Assembly (NCBI GenBank): GCA_964510865.1
Contig: CAZEDI010000001.1
Location: 2,297-66,296 of the forward strand
Source: an uncultured Halobacteriales archaeon
Lineage (GTDB): Archaea; Halobacteriota; Halobacteria; Halobacteriales; Hikarchaeaceae
Length of the DNA stretch: 64,000 bases
Direction: 5' to 3'
Position 1 is the stretch's first letter; the number at the start of each line of letters is the position of its first letter. Below the pieces are notes generated by a model. That model had not been told where the DNA came from and did no database searches. It saw only the letters and a list, made by a program, of their open reading frames with translations. Made by a program: the position numbers and the translations under genes. This document shows positions 47,789 through 59,050 of this stretch, piece by piece.

Positions 47789-49378
47789 TTATTTCGGCCC
47801 GTTCAACGCGATGTGGGTAACGCTCGTGATTCGCTCGTCGGCGAGGAGGTCGTCCCGGACAGCCTCCGGCACGGGATCGTCGAGGTTGTAGACGGTGAGC
47901 GCTTCGCCACCGATGGTCTCGCGTCCGTTGAACATCCCCGCGATGTTCACGTCGTTTTCACCCAACACGGTGCCCACAAACCCGATGACACCCGGCTCGT
48001 CACGATTTCTCGCGATCAACATGTGACCGTGCGGAACTGCATCCACGCGATACCCGTCGATGCTGACGATCCGCGGATCGTGGTCGGCAAAGAGCGTCCC
48101 ACTGACTGCCAGAGATTCCGTGCCGTCGCTTACTTCGATCGTGACGAGGCTCTGGAAGTCCTCCGACTGTCTCGACTTCGACTCGGTCACGTCAACGCCA
48201 CGTTCCTCGGCGATCCGGGGCGCGTTAACGACGTTCACTTGGACGGACAACGGCGTGAAAATCCCGGTCAACGCACTCGCCGTGACGAGGTCGACTTGCT
48301 CCTCCGCGATATCGCCCGCATACGTCACTTCGACCTCGTCTACATGGCCATCGAAGAGCTGAACCGCAATCTCGCCGGCGGTTTCTGCGATTTCGAGGTA
48401 TGGCTCGATATGTGGGAAGGCGCTCGCATCGACGGAAGGAGCGTTCAACGCGTTGATCACCGGCTCGTCGTGGAACGCTGCCAGCACTTGTTCGGCAGTC
48501 GAGACGGCAACGTTTTCCTGGGCCGCTTCAGTACTTGCTCCCAGGTGCGGCGTGACGATCACGTTCTCCACATCGAGTAATGGATTATCAGGGGAAACGG
48601 GTTCCTCAGAGAAGACGTCGACTGCGGCTCCTTTTAACACCCCATCTTCGACTGCCTCGGCGAGTGCGGTCTCGTCGACAATACCTCCGCGAGCACAATT
48701 AATCACGTAGCCTCCTTCGAGCTGGGCAAGCTCTTCTTCACCGATCATCGCCTCTGTCTCGGGCGTCAGTGGCGTATGGATGGTAATGAAATCCGCTCGA
48801 TCGAGGCACGCGTCCAAGGAATCGACCAGTTCTGCGCCCAACTGCTCGGCTCGTTCCGCTGAAATATATGGGTCGTACGTGACGAGGTCCATCCCGAGAT
48901 TGCCGAGTCGTTTACCGACTTCCTGGCCGACACGACCAAATCCGACGATCCCGAGTGTTTTCCCGTTCACTTCCGTCCCGAGGAACTCACCCTTCGCCCA
49001 CTCCCCGTTGCGGAGACGTTGATGGGCTTGCGGGATCGATCGCGCGGCGGCAAAAGCCATTGCGACTGAATGTTCGGCTGCGGCACGAACGTTCCCTTGC
49101 GGGGCGTTTGCAACAATCACGCCGTGATCCGTCGCCGCCTCCTTATCGATGTTGTCGGTGCCGATCCCTGCTCGCCCCACGATCACGAGGTGGGGTGCCG
49201 CCTCGAATACCTCGCGGGTGACAGCCGTACCTGAGCGGACGATGAGCGCGTTCGCATCCGAAACTGCCTCGAGGAGGGCATCGCCCTCGACCTCGTAGGC
49301 TGTCTCTACCTCGTGGCCTGCCCCCCGGAGAACGTCCAGACCCGCGTCAGCAATCGGATCCGTGACGAGTACCTTCAT
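47789..49378 (-). CDS. serA: D-3-phosphoglycerate dehydrogenase (ASB+ACT type)
   Basis: GRAGIGTDN, GIVGFGRVG, NCARGG, TPHLGAST.EAQ, C-terminal ACT D.PGVIG. Confidence 0.96.
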   Translation of the reverse strand: MKVLVTDPIADAGLDVLRGAGHEVETAYEVEGDALLEAVSDANALIVRSGTAVTREVFEAAPHLVIVGRAGIGTDNIDKEAATDHGVIVANAPQGNVRAAAEHSVAMAFAAARSIPQAHQRLRNGEWAKGEFLGTEVNGKTLGIVGFGRVGQEVGKRLGNLGMDLVTYDPYISAERAEQLGAELVDSLDACLDRADFITIHTPLTPETEAMIGEEELAQLEGGYVINCARGGIVDETALAEAVEDGVLKGAAVDVFSEEPVSPDNPLLDVENVIVTPHLGASTEAAQENVAVSTAEQVLAAFHDEPVINALNAPSVDASAFPHIEPYLEIAETAGEIAVQLFDGHVDEVEVTYAGDIAEEQVDLVTASALTGIFTPLSVQVNVVNAPRIAEERGVDVTESKSRQSEDFQSLVTIEVSDGTESLAVSGTLFADHDPRIVSIDGYRVDAVPHGHMLIARNRDEPGVIGFVGTVLGENDVNIAGMFNGRETIGGEALTVYNLDDPVPEAVRDDLLADERITSVTHIALNGPK

Positions 49379-49511
49379 GGGGAGGAGAAGCAATGGCCCC
49401 GAGGTAACGCTTTCGTCATCGACGTGGGTTCGGATCGAGGTGACGTCTCATTATCCCGAGGGGAGCGCTCGAAACCGAACCCTTCACTTTCCGACCGACA
49501 AACCTCGAACT

Positions 49512-50153
49512 ATGCCGCTTGTGGCGTTCGACTTTGACGGAACGCTTTCTGACGACGAAATGATCGTACTCCTCGCCGAACGTGCCGGCTGTGCGGAGGA
49601 GGTCGCGGACGTGACTCGACGGGCGATGGAGGGGGAACTGAGCTACGCCGAGAGCCTCCGCCAGCGCGCCTCTCTGCTCGATGGGCTGTCGGAGGAGCAG
49701 GTCGCTGATGCATACGACGAGGTCGCTCTCAGGGAGAACGCGGCCGCTCTGCTAGCGGCACTTGATGAGGCAGACGTCCCCACGGCGATCCTCACTGGCG
49801 GGTTCGAGGCAGGTGTCGCACGTGCGCTGGAGCGTGAGGACGTGACCGTCGATTTGATCGTGGCGAATCGGCTTCCACTCGTCGACGGCTGTCTCACAGG
49901 CACGGTCGAAGGGCCGCTCATCGACGGCACAAAAGACGACGCTCTCCACGAGGCGACCGTCGCATTCGACGTTTCTATCGATGACACAGTGGCTATTGGT
50001 GACGGTGCCAACGACGTACCAATGCTCGACGAGGCGGGGACCGCAATCGGGTTTCGTCCGAAATCGGGCGTTGCGGATCACTGCGATGCGGTCGTCGAAA
50101 CGATGGTCGAACTCCGGAATGTGCTCGTCGAAGTTGATATCCTCGATGTATAA
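49512..50153 (+). CDS. serB: Phosphoserine phosphatase (HAD)
   Basis: AFDFDGTL, AMEGELSY.ESL, LTGGF, GDGAND; divergent from serA. Confidence 0.93.
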   Translation: MPLVAFDFDGTLSDDEMIVLLAERAGCAEEVADVTRRAMEGELSYAESLRQRASLLDGLSEEQVADAYDEVALRENAAALLAALDEADVPTAILTGGFEAGVARALEREDVTVDLIVANRLPLVDGCLTGTVEGPLIDGTKDDALHEATVAFDVSIDDTVAIGDGANDVPMLDEAGTAIGFRPKSGVADHCDAVVETMVELRNVLVEVDILDV

Positions 50154-50343
50154 GGCCGGACGGCATCCTGATCCCGGTGTTTAAGGTCTTCTTACCGACC
50201 GTTTCACGATGTCTGATGACGATTAACGACTAGTATAGCATCCCGCACGGGATCCGCTTCGAGGTATAACGTGTCGTTGGATCGGTTAAACGGTAGGGTA
50301 AGGTTAATAGTATGATCCGATCCTATCCACTCTCGCAACGATC

Positions 50344-50913
50344 ATGGCGAACGTGGCGACCGACGATCTCGACGCGGTCGAGATTCACGACGTCTTGAGC
50401 AATGAACGCCGACGGATGGTGCTCTCCCTGTTACGGGAGAACGGCGACCAGCTGTCGGCTCGCGAACTCTCTGAACGCATAGCCGAGCTCGAGACCGGGG
50501 AGTCACCGCCGCCACGCAACATTCGCCAGAGTGCATACGTGTCGCTCCACCAGACGCACTTGCCAAAACTCGACACCCTCGGGATCGTCGAGTATGACGA
50601 ATCCGCGAAAACCGTGACCCTCGAAGCTGCGGCAGAAAAGCAGGTCAGTGTGTATATGGAGGCCGTCCCAAAGTACGGGATCTCCTGGTCCGAGTACTAC
50701 GTGCTCGTTTCGTGGATCGGCCTACTCCTCGTCCTAGCAGCCCAGGTGAATGCCCCGCTGATCGGTGCCATCGACGGACTCCTTTGGGGGGTCGGTGTCC
50801 TGGTCCTCATTGCGCTCTCTGCCGTCTACCAGACCGTCCAGCAGGGCTCGTCTGTCCTCCATCGGCTTGCCAGCAGTGACGAGTCCGAGGAGGATACTGA
50901 GGAAACCGAGTGA
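50344..50913 (+). CDS. Haloarchaeal winged-helix protein with C-terminal TM helices
   Basis: VLSNERRR, YVSLHQTHLPKL...GIVEYD, then two TM segments. Confidence 0.85.
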   Translation: MANVATDDLDAVEIHDVLSNERRRMVLSLLRENGDQLSARELSERIAELETGESPPPRNIRQSAYVSLHQTHLPKLDTLGIVEYDESAKTVTLEAAAEKQVSVYMEAVPKYGISWSEYYVLVSWIGLLLVLAAQVNAPLIGAIDGLLWGVGVLVLIALSAVYQTVQQGSSVLHRLASSDESEEDTEETE

Positions 50914-50962
50914 GTCTGTCCGACTCCTTTAGCCTGGTACAGTCGCCTCGTACTGTATGTGC

Positions 50963-52180
50963 TCAATCCGAGAAGAGTCCCGTGTGGACGGGGGCGAAGT
51001 GATCTTCGTCCTCGGGATCGTGCGTGTCAGTGACGGCCCGACCCTCGACTCCATCAGCAAAGAAGTCAGCAAGTGGCGGCCCGACGTGCTCCGACTCGAC
51101 GAGGAACGCATCGTGGCCATAGTCCGAGTCAATGACGTGGTGAACGACGTCCGCGTTCGTCTCTCGGAACGCCCCTGCGAGTGCTTCGGATTGTGCAACG
51201 GTGAAGTGCCAGTCGCCGGTGAAGGACATGAGCATGACGTCTCCTTCAAACGCGGCGAGGGCATCGGCCTCTGAATCGTATCCCGCCGCCAGATCGTAGT
51301 TGTCCATCGCGGCAAGAAGATAGAGGTACGCGTTGGCGTCGAAGCGCTGGGTAAACTGCTCACCGTTGTAATCGAGGTAGGACTCGACCTCTCGATACGG
51401 GAAATACCCGCCGCCGAGGTCACGGAGCCCCTCCGGAGCGGTCTCGCGGTGGGCGTCTCGTCCGGCTGCCCGACGGCCAAACTTCGCCCCCATCGAGGCT
51501 TTCGAGAGGTACATCACGTGGCCGATCTGTCGGGCGACAGCCAACCCTGCATCGGGGTGGGCGTCCCCATAATATTCTCCGCCGTTCCAGTTCGGGTCCG
51601 AGGCAATAGCCCGTGCTGCAATCGCATCGAGTGCCAGACATTGTGCGTCCAGCCTAGCGGCGGCGGCGATAGGCGCGAGCCGATGGACGTCATCCGGATA
51701 GCGCTTTGCCCACTCGAGGACGTTCATGCCACCCACAGAACCGCCAGTAACGGCGTGGAGGCGTCCGATCCCGAGTTCGTCGAGAACGAGGCGTTGTGCG
51801 CGCGTCCAGTCTTCGACCGTCACGGGAGGGAAGTCCGTCCCGTATGGTTCACCAGTGTCTGGGTTTTCCGTCGGTGGGCCGGTCGAGCCATAACACGAAC
51901 CCGGGACGTTCACACAGACGACGTAGTATTCGTTGGTGTCGATGGCCTTGCCTGGTCCAACGATCGTCTTCCACCACGCCCGGGCCTGGCCCTCTGTGTC
52001 AGCACGATCACCGTCACCGGCGACGTGCGCGCTCCCGGTCAGGGCGTGACAAACCAGGACAGCGTTGTCCCCGTCGAATTCACCGTAGGCCTCATACGCG
52101 AGTTCGAGCTCCGGAATGGAGTCCCCGCATTCGAAAGTGAACTCGCCTACGCTCACGACACCGCGTTCAACGTCCATCAC
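50963..52180 (-). CDS. metX: Homoserine O-acetyltransferase
   Basis: VCHALTG, GGSVGG nucleophile elbow, RFDAN.YL, GHDAFL. Confidence 0.95.
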   Translation of the reverse strand: MMDVERGVVSVGEFTFECGDSIPELELAYEAYGEFDGDNAVLVCHALTGSAHVAGDGDRADTEGQARAWWKTIVGPGKAIDTNEYYVVCVNVPGSCYGSTGPPTENPDTGEPYGTDFPPVTVEDWTRAQRLVLDELGIGRLHAVTGGSVGGMNVLEWAKRYPDDVHRLAPIAAAARLDAQCLALDAIAARAIASDPNWNGGEYYGDAHPDAGLAVARQIGHVMYLSKASMGAKFGRRAAGRDAHRETAPEGLRDLGGGYFPYREVESYLDYNGEQFTQRFDANAYLYLLAAMDNYDLAAGYDSEADALAAFEGDVMLMSFTGDWHFTVAQSEALAGAFRETNADVVHHVIDSDYGHDAFLVESEHVGPPLADFFADGVEGRAVTDTHDPEDEDHFAPVHTGLFSD

Positions 52181-53502
52181 GACCCCTCCGCGTGCGTGAG
52201 TGCGATATCGATGTCCTCGATCACGTCTCCCGGGTCCTCGATCCCGACAGAAAGTCGGATCAGATCCGGGGTGACCCCCGACTCCAGTTGTTCCTCCTCC
52301 GTGAGCTGAGCGTGCGTCGTCGAAGCCGGGTGGATCACGAGTGTCTTCGCGTCGCCGATGTTCGCCAGGAAGGAGGCGAGTTCGACGGATTCACAGAACA
52401 CTTTCGCTGCCTCGTAGCCACCTGCAGGACCGAACGCGATCACCCCGCCAAATCCTCCGTCCAGATACGTGCTCGCCTCGTCGTGGGTAGGATGTGATTC
52501 GAGCCCCGGATAGGTGACCCAATCCACCAACGGATGGTCGTCGAGGAACTCCGCTACGGCCATCGCGTTCTCGCAGTGGCGTTCCATACGTAACGGGAGT
52601 GTCTCGATACCCTGGAGCGTCTGCCAGGCGTCGAATGGTGACTGACACGATCCGACTGACCGAACCCCTCGATGACGCGCAGCCATCGCGACCGCGCGGT
52701 CGCCGAACACCTCGGCGAAGTTTTTCTCGAATGCCGGGTTTACCTCTCCCATCTCGGGATACTTCTCGCCGTAATCCTTCCAGGGGAACGATCCGCCGTC
52801 CACCACCACACCCCCGATCGTCGTCCCGGCACCGTGGATCCATTTGGTCGTCGATTCCCAGACGAGGTCGGCCCCGTGTTCGAGTGGTCGACAGAGAGCT
52901 GGGGTCCCGAACGTATTGTCGACGAAGAGTGGCGTGTCGTTCTCGTGGGCGAGTTCCGCCACTCGCTCGAGATCAGGCGTCACCAGCGATGGATTGCCGA
53001 TAGTTTCGAGGTGGACAAAGGCGGTCTCGGTATCGATCGCGTGGTCGTAGGCGTCGTAGTCGAGCGTCTCGACGAAGCGTGCCTCGATCCCTCGCCGACG
53101 GGCGATGTGGCTGAAGTAGGATCGCGTCCCGCCGTAGATGTCTGCTGACGAGACGATGTTGTCGCCGGCCGACGCCAAAACGGTGGTCGCAGCATCGAGG
53201 GCACCGAGCCCACTGGCCGATGCGACGGCATCCGTTCCTCCTTCGAGGTCGGCCAGTCGCGCTTCGAGTCGTCTGACGGTTGGATTCGACACGCGCGAGT
53301 AGATATCACCCTCGGCGTCGAGTGCATAGAGATCCGCCGCTACGTCGGCATCCTCGAACACGAAGGACGTCGTCTGGTGGATGGGTGGCGCCCGAGCACC
53401 GGTCGCCTCGTCAGGCGTCCCCCCGGCGTGGACGGAGCGAGTATGGGGTCCGCGGCCTCCAGGATCGAGGCCGCTCTTGGACCCATCGTCGTCAGCGGTC
53501 AT
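52177..53502 (-). CDS. metY: O-acetylhomoserine sulfhydrylase
   Basis: [48 protein letters not shown]. Confidence 0.95.
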   Translation of the reverse strand: MTADDDGSKSGLDPGGRGPHTRSVHAGGTPDEATGARAPPIHQTTSFVFEDADVAADLYALDAEGDIYSRVSNPTVRRLEARLADLEGGTDAVASASGLGALDAATTVLASAGDNIVSSADIYGGTRSYFSHIARRRGIEARFVETLDYDAYDHAIDTETAFVHLETIGNPSLVTPDLERVAELAHENDTPLFVDNTFGTPALCRPLEHGADLVWESTTKWIHGAGTTIGGVVVDGGSFPWKDYGEKYPEMGEVNPAFEKNFAEVFGDRAVAMAARHRGVRSVGSCQSPFDAWQTLQGIETLPLRMERHCENAMAVAEFLDDHPLVDWVTYPGLESHPTHDEASTYLDGGFGGVIAFGPAGGYEAAKVFCESVELASFLANIGDAKTLVIHPASTTHAQLTEEEQLESGVTPDLIRLSVGIEDPGDVIEDIDIALTHAEGS

Positions 53503-53634
53503 GTTTGTGACGTATAATACTCCAGATCCATATAACCCACAGTTACGGCAAGTATCTCCTGGCGATGTGCATCCAGAGTACGGTACGAAATACGGAGTGG
53601 GGCAGGTGGACGGCCGGATGAGACTCGACAGCCG

Positions 53635-54411
53635 TTATTCCCGGAGACCATACGTATTCTGCATCCACTCCTCGAGGAGGGCGACGAGGACCCGCGAGAA
53701 GTCCGTCCCGGAGCCCCAGATGGCCGTTTCCTGGGTCGCCTCGGGCAGGTAATCGGTATCGAGAACGGAAAGGAGGACGGCGTCCCTGTCGACGAGGAGG
53801 GCTCGTCCGGTACTGATCTCGGGCGTGAGGGCCTCCGGGACGCGAAAGGGTGTGAGTCCGTCGAGGCTTCGAAACCGGTCGTCGACCTCCTCATCGGCCG
53901 TCACCCCGATGACGTCGATCCCTTCTCCGGCGCGAGCTTCGAGTGCATCGGCGATCCGCGGATCCAGCCGTTCGGGGTCATCTGTCGCATAGATGATCCG
54001 GTGGGTCGCCTCACCGATGAGGTCGAGCACGCGATCCCTGATCGCGTCTCCGCCCTCGACAGTCCAGACTGATTCAGTCCCCGGCTCCGTGCCCTCGTGG
54101 GATCCCTGAACATCGGCGATGGACTCGATTGCGCGATCCATCTCGGTGCGCATCTCGCGGGAGAGTCGTCTACGGGCCTCCTCCAGTCCGACCGGCCGGT
54201 ACTTCGTCGGCGAGGACTGCTGGACCTCGACGAGACCACGCTCCTCCAGGCCTTCCGCCGCGCCGTACACTTGCGATCGGGGGACGTCCGCAATCTCGCT
54301 CACGTCGCTCGCGGTTCCCGTTCCGAGGCGGTGTAGAGCGACGAACACCCGGGCCTCGTACGTCCGCAGGCCGAGTCGTGACAGCGACTCGACCGCCTCG
54401 TCCTCGGTCAA
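53635..54411 (-). CDS. TrmB-family transcriptional regulator
   Basis: LGL..YEARV..AL, VPRSQVY...L..RGLV; TTG start overlapping the MMPL stop. Confidence 0.9.
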   Translation of the reverse strand: MTEDEAVESLSRLGLRTYEARVFVALHRLGTGTASDVSEIADVPRSQVYGAAEGLEERGLVEVQQSSPTKYRPVGLEEARRRLSREMRTEMDRAIESIADVQGSHEGTEPGTESVWTVEGGDAIRDRVLDLIGEATHRIIYATDDPERLDPRIADALEARAGEGIDVIGVTADEEVDDRFRSLDGLTPFRVPEALTPEISTGRALLVDRDAVLLSVLDTDYLPEATQETAIWGSGTDFSRVLVALLEEWMQNTYGLRE

Positions 54412-57400
54412 GTGCCTTCCTCTCCGTCCTCTGTCCCGGCCCCGTGATCTGAACTCCCTGTCCCATCGCCGCTGATCGAGCCATCCACGTCCGCCGCTGG
54501 GATTTCCCTACCGGAACCGTCGGGATCGACGTATCGGGTCCACAGGGCCAACAGGCTCGGAAGGACGAGTACGCTTGCCAGGAACGCGTAGATGATGGTG
54601 ATCCCCGTAATGAGGCCGAACTGTTGGAGCGGTGGCAAGATAGCGAAGACGAGGACGCCAAATCCGCCGACCGTTGTCGCCGCACTCCCGAGTAGTGCGC
54701 CCCCTGTGCCGGTCACCGTGGTATGCATCGCATCCCAACTCGACTCGTGGCGACTAAGCTCTTGGTTATACCGCTCGGAGATGTGAATCCCGTAGGCGAC
54801 ACCGAGTCCGACGGTGAGGCTCGTGATCGTCCCTGTGAGAACGTTGAACGGGATACCGAGTGCGTACATCGTCCCGAGGATCCACGCGACCGTCAGCGCA
54901 ACGGGGACGAGGGTGACGATCCCGAGTGTTCCACTCCCGTGTGTGATTCGATACGCCACCGTAAGAAACAGAAAGATGGCGATGAGCGTGATGAGGAGGC
55001 TTTCGATCACCGTTTCGAGGAGCTGATTCTGGACGACTTCGTTGAGGATCGCCCGCCCCGTTGCAGTCGCATCGAGGCCATCCCCGTCGAGCGAGTCGGC
55101 CACGTCGTCCATTTGTGTCGTGATAGCCTCGCCTGCAGCGCCACCTTTCACTGAGATCACGAGTCGAAGTGCGAGGTACTCGCCGCCCTGGGATCGGTGA
55201 ATGACGCTCTGGGCTTGCTCGGGTGCGACTGCGAACAGGGCGTCGTAGACACGGGCTATGTCTTGGTCGGGGATCCGATCGCCATCCCTATCAGAATTTT
55301 CCAACGTTACGTTGAAACTCTCGTTTTCCCTCGCGACCCGTCGCATCGTTCGGATCGGCCCAGTGATCGCGGGTTCGCCGTTTGACAGTCGGTGGGTGAC
55401 GTTCTTCTCCCCCGCGAGCGTTCCTGCAGTCGCTATCCGCTGGAGTGTCTCGGCATCCGTGACATTCCCCTCCACAAGTATCTGGGCTTTGGCGTCTTCG
55501 CGGACGAAATTGTCGTTGACGTAATCGAGGTCGTTTTTCGCGGTGTACTCGCCGGGTTTGAACGGTTCCGGAAGCTCAGTCATCCACTCTGGGGGTTGCT
55601 CTGCCAGGAAGTCCTCCTGTGCGAAACTGGTGTCAACCTGCATCCCCCCATACGCGCCCCCAGCCGTTACGACTAGTGTGACGAAGAGTACGACATACGG
55701 AGCCGTCCGGGCGAGATCGGCGCCAACACCGAGTACGCTACTGAATCGTCCCCCGCCGGTCCCGAATGCCTCCGCGCGTCTGTCGAGACCCACTCGCTCG
55801 AGCACGTCGTCGAGTTCGACTTTTACGGCGGGGACTAGTACCCCGAAGACCAGCAGCGCTGATACAATTCCGACCGCACTGACCACACCGAACTCCCTGA
55901 TCGGCGGAACCGGACTCGTGAGGTTAGAGAGAAACCCGATGACTGTCGTTGCCGTCACCCAGAGCAAGGCAATCCCGACGCCTGCCAGCGCAACTCTCAT
56001 TGCGCTCCCCGAACGTCCACCTTCGGTAGTACGTTCCTCCCGGTGTCGCATGAAGATGTGGATGGCGTAGTCGATGGAGAGCCCGATCAGGAGGACGGGC
56101 ACGGCGACGAAGAGCTGGTTGAAGGCGATGTCTGCCCATCCCATGAACCCGAACGTCCAGACGAGGACGAGGCCGATACCAACGACCCCCACTACGATAT
56201 CGAAGGGATCCCGATACGCGATCGCGAGTGCGACGAGGACGAAAAGGAGCGCGAGTGGTCCGACAATCGCGAGGCTATCGGACATCGAGGTGTCTATCTC
56301 GTGCGTAATCACGCCACCGCCGAACACGAGATAGGAAAGACCGGTTGCCCGTTCCTGGCCAATCTCGCGCATTGTGAGCTGCGAATCGACGATTCGCTGA
56401 CTCGATGCCCCCTGCACTGCAGTCCCTTGATCGGTCCGTTGGGTGGCGACGAGCATCGTCGCCGATGCCGTCGGTGATCTAGGCTGATAGCCAGTGGGCA
56501 TAAACGCGAACACCCGCTGGTCGCCGCCACCGTCCTCGGAAAGTACCCGTTCGATTATCCTCTCAACCGCCGAGTCGTTCATCGATTCGAGTTGGTCCAG
56601 CTTTTCTGCGTGACTCGGCGTACTCGCGTTTTGCAGATCGGATTGGAGCTGTTGGACCGTCGCTGCGAGTTCTTGGAGATCCGTAGCGCGTTCCTCCAGT
56701 TGATCCGCCCGCTCTTGGAGCGATGTGTACTCCTCTCGGAGGACTCCTCGCGTACCGAGCTGATACGCGTGCTCGAGTTCCTCGGAACTCTCTGCGGCTC
56801 GGATTGCTTCCGCTGCCTCGCGAAACGTCTCCTGTTGTACGTCACTGAGATCGATCGTCGTATTCCCCCGGACCGCTTCGAACGTAGAGGTGATATTCTC
56901 GTTTGGGTTCTGTCGGAGATAATCGAGTGCCCGCCGGAGAGCCGCCGCTGTGTCGTTTATGTTTGCTCTACGGTCGCGGAAGTCTCTCTGATCCGCTTCC
57001 AGTGCAGTTCGTCGCTGTTGGAGTGTCTCAGCGCGTGTTTGGAGCTCGCCCGCGGTCTCCTCGATGAGTGCTGTCGTCGCGATCACGTCCGCAATTCCCA
57101 CGACCGGATCCCCACTGGTCAGCGTGTCATTGATCGACCCATTCGCTCGGAGTGCCTGCTCGAACTCCATAATCCGAAGGAGCGACTCCCGGGAAAGCAC
57201 GTTTGTTCCGTCACCTCGAACGATGATCTGGGCCGTCGTCGTGTTCCTGTCCCCACTCGAGAAATTCGTCCGGATATAGTCCAATTTCGCCGAAACGTCC
57301 GAGTCCGTCTGGAACTGATCGAGCGAGGAGGCCTGCTCGACCTGTGGAGCACCTGCTCCAACCGCCAGCGTGAGGAGTACCATGGCGACGATCGCGAACT

Positions 57401-57446
57401 TGCTGTGGGTGACGACACCCGCCGCGATCCGACCAGCGAATTTCAC
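54408..57446 (-). CDS. MMPL/RND-superfamily transporter with coiled-coil insertion
   Basis: Two 6-TM repeats, GLSIDY.IH and GLGVAYGIH motifs, heptad-rich extracytoplasmic insert. Confidence 0.92.
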   Translation of the reverse strand: MKFAGRIAAGVVTHSKFAIVAMVLLTLAVGAGAPQVEQASSLDQFQTDSDVSAKLDYIRTNFSSGDRNTTTAQIIVRGDGTNVLSRESLLRIMEFEQALRANGSINDTLTSGDPVVGIADVIATTALIEETAGELQTRAETLQQRRTALEADQRDFRDRRANINDTAAALRRALDYLRQNPNENITSTFEAVRGNTTIDLSDVQQETFREAAEAIRAAESSEELEHAYQLGTRGVLREEYTSLQERADQLEERATDLQELAATVQQLQSDLQNASTPSHAEKLDQLESMNDSAVERIIERVLSEDGGGDQRVFAFMPTGYQPRSPTASATMLVATQRTDQGTAVQGASSQRIVDSQLTMREIGQERATGLSYLVFGGGVITHEIDTSMSDSLAIVGPLALLFVLVALAIAYRDPFDIVVGVVGIGLVLVWTFGFMGWADIAFNQLFVAVPVLLIGLSIDYAIHIFMRHREERTTEGGRSGSAMRVALAGVGIALLWVTATTVIGFLSNLTSPVPPIREFGVVSAVGIVSALLVFGVLVPAVKVELDDVLERVGLDRRAEAFGTGGGRFSSVLGVGADLARTAPYVVLFVTLVVTAGGAYGGMQVDTSFAQEDFLAEQPPEWMTELPEPFKPGEYTAKNDLDYVNDNFVREDAKAQILVEGNVTDAETLQRIATAGTLAGEKNVTHRLSNGEPAITGPIRTMRRVARENESFNVTLENSDRDGDRIPDQDIARVYDALFAVAPEQAQSVIHRSQGGEYLALRLVISVKGGAAGEAITTQMDDVADSLDGDGLDATATGRAILNEVVQNQLLETVIESLLITLIAIFLFLTVAYRITHGSGTLGIVTLVPVALTVAWILGTMYALGIPFNVLTGTITSLTVGLGVAYGIHISERYNQELSRHESSWDAMHTTVTGTGGALLGSAATTVGGFGVLVFAILPPLQQFGLITGITIIYAFLASVLVLPSLLALWTRYVDPDGSGREIPAADVDGSISGDGTGSSDHGAGTEDGEEGT

Positions 57447-57615
57447 GTCAGCGTCGTCCTCCTGGGCGCGGGAGATGTTTGTAGGAACATACTAACAGAT
57501 TATATTCAACCATCGACGGGGTCAGGACTTAACAACTGCGGACCGCATTTCATGGCCGATACTCTAGTGCTGACCACCCCCCGTGTTTACCCGGATCGGG
57601 ATCGTACCGTGACGT

Positions 57616-59025
57616 ATGCGGCAGACCCGACGACAGCTCCTCCGCCTCGGTACCGCGATCTCGATGGCAGGACTTGCTGGGTGTCCCGGGATTCCAGACG
57701 AGGCAGGGTCAACCCCGACCGACCAGACAGATCCGACACCAACAGCCCCCGATCATACGACGCCCTCGCCCACGGCCGGTTCACCGGCTACTGCGTCATC
57801 GAGCCCTACCGGGACAGGTACGGATTCTACGCCGGAAATCCCCGATATAGTGGGGCTGGAGACAGTTGCGTCGGGTTTCACCTCCCCTGTTGCATTCGTT
57901 GATTTATCCGAGGATCTGCACTACGTCGTCGACCAGCCAGGACTCCTCTATGCCGTAGATGGAGATGGAAGACAGGCGGATCCCGCACTTGATATACGCG
58001 ATTCTACCGTCGACGTGTCGGGCTACGACGAGCGCGGCCTCCTGGGAATTGCCCTCCATCCGGACTTCGGGTCAAACCGGAAGCTCTACCTCCGGTACAG
58101 TGCGCCTCGACGTGAAGGGACACCCGACAATTACTCGCATACGTTCGTGCTCTCGGAATTTCAAGCGAGCGAGAATGGGCGCAGCGTCGATCCCACCAGC
58201 GAACGTCCGGTACTCGAAATACCCGAGCCCCAGGCCAATCACAATGCTGGCGAGATCGCGTTCGGTCCCGACGGCTATCTCTACGTGGCTGTCGGTGATG
58301 GTGGTGGGGCTGATGACCAGGGTGCCGGTCACGTCGACGACTGGTACGATCAGGTCCCCGGTGGGAATGGGCAAGACATCGAGCAGAACCTCCTCGGAAG
58401 TATTCTTCGGATTGACCCGGATGCGCGCGAGGGCGGGAAACCATATGGCATCCCGGATGACAATCCCCTGGTCGGGGAGAGCGGTACCGACGAACACTAT
58501 GCCTGGGGCTTTCGAAACCCGTGGCGGTTCTCCTTCACCGGCGACGAGTTGTTTGTCGCTGACGTCGGCCAGAACCAGTATGAAGAGGTCGACCTCGTCG
58601 AGAAGGGGGGAAATTACGGCTGGAACGTCTATGAGGGTACACACTGTTTTGGTACGACCAATTGCCCTGACGAAACCCCGGATGGCACTCCACTCCGTGA
58701 TCCGATCATCGAATACGACCACGGTGGCGAGGAGCCGAATGGACAGGCTGTCATCGGTGGTTACCTCTATCAGGGCGAGACCATCCCTGGCTTCCAGGGG
58801 TCGTATGTCTTCGGTGACTGGCAGGCCGGCGGGGTGCTCTTCGTTGCGACTCGATCGGAGGAAGGAACCTGGCCTGTTGACGTCGTCGACGTCGAACCTG
58901 CCGACGCCATACAGCACTTGCTCGCTTTCGGCCGCGACCGCGAGGGGGAAGTATACGTGGCAACCACTGAACAGCAAACCGTCTCGGGGTCGACAGGGGC
59001 GCTACACCGGCTCGTCCCGGTATGA
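57616..59025 (+). CDS. PQQ-dependent glucose/sorbosone dehydrogenase-family Tat lipoprotein
   Basis: TRRQLL, LAGC, ERGLLG.ALHPDF, HNAG.IAFGPDG.LY, GFRNPWR, NYGW. Confidence 0.92.
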   Translation: MRQTRRQLLRLGTAISMAGLAGCPGIPDEAGSTPTDQTDPTPTAPDHTTPSPTAGSPATASSSPTGTGTDSTPEIPDIVGLETVASGFTSPVAFVDLSEDLHYVVDQPGLLYAVDGDGRQADPALDIRDSTVDVSGYDERGLLGIALHPDFGSNRKLYLRYSAPRREGTPDNYSHTFVLSEFQASENGRSVDPTSERPVLEIPEPQANHNAGEIAFGPDGYLYVAVGDGGGADDQGAGHVDDWYDQVPGGNGQDIEQNLLGSILRIDPDAREGGKPYGIPDDNPLVGESGTDEHYAWGFRNPWRFSFTGDELFVADVGQNQYEEVDLVEKGGNYGWNVYEGTHCFGTTNCPDETPDGTPLRDPIIEYDHGGEEPNGQAVIGGYLYQGETIPGFQGSYVFGDWQAGGVLFVATRSEEGTWPVDVVDVEPADAIQHLLAFGRDREGEVYVATTEQQTVSGSTGALHRLVPV

Positions 59026-59050
59026 GTCACCTGCTGAATTCGGTGTCAAC

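Noticed and set aside
49379-49511. Search for a Ser-rich leader before serA
   Set aside because: Only MRRHLDPNPRR was found, with no Ser enrichment.
53503-53634. Search for a Met/Cys-rich leader before metY
   Set aside because: Only MHIARRYLP and [10 protein letters not shown] were found. TATA spacing points to a leaderless metY mRNA.
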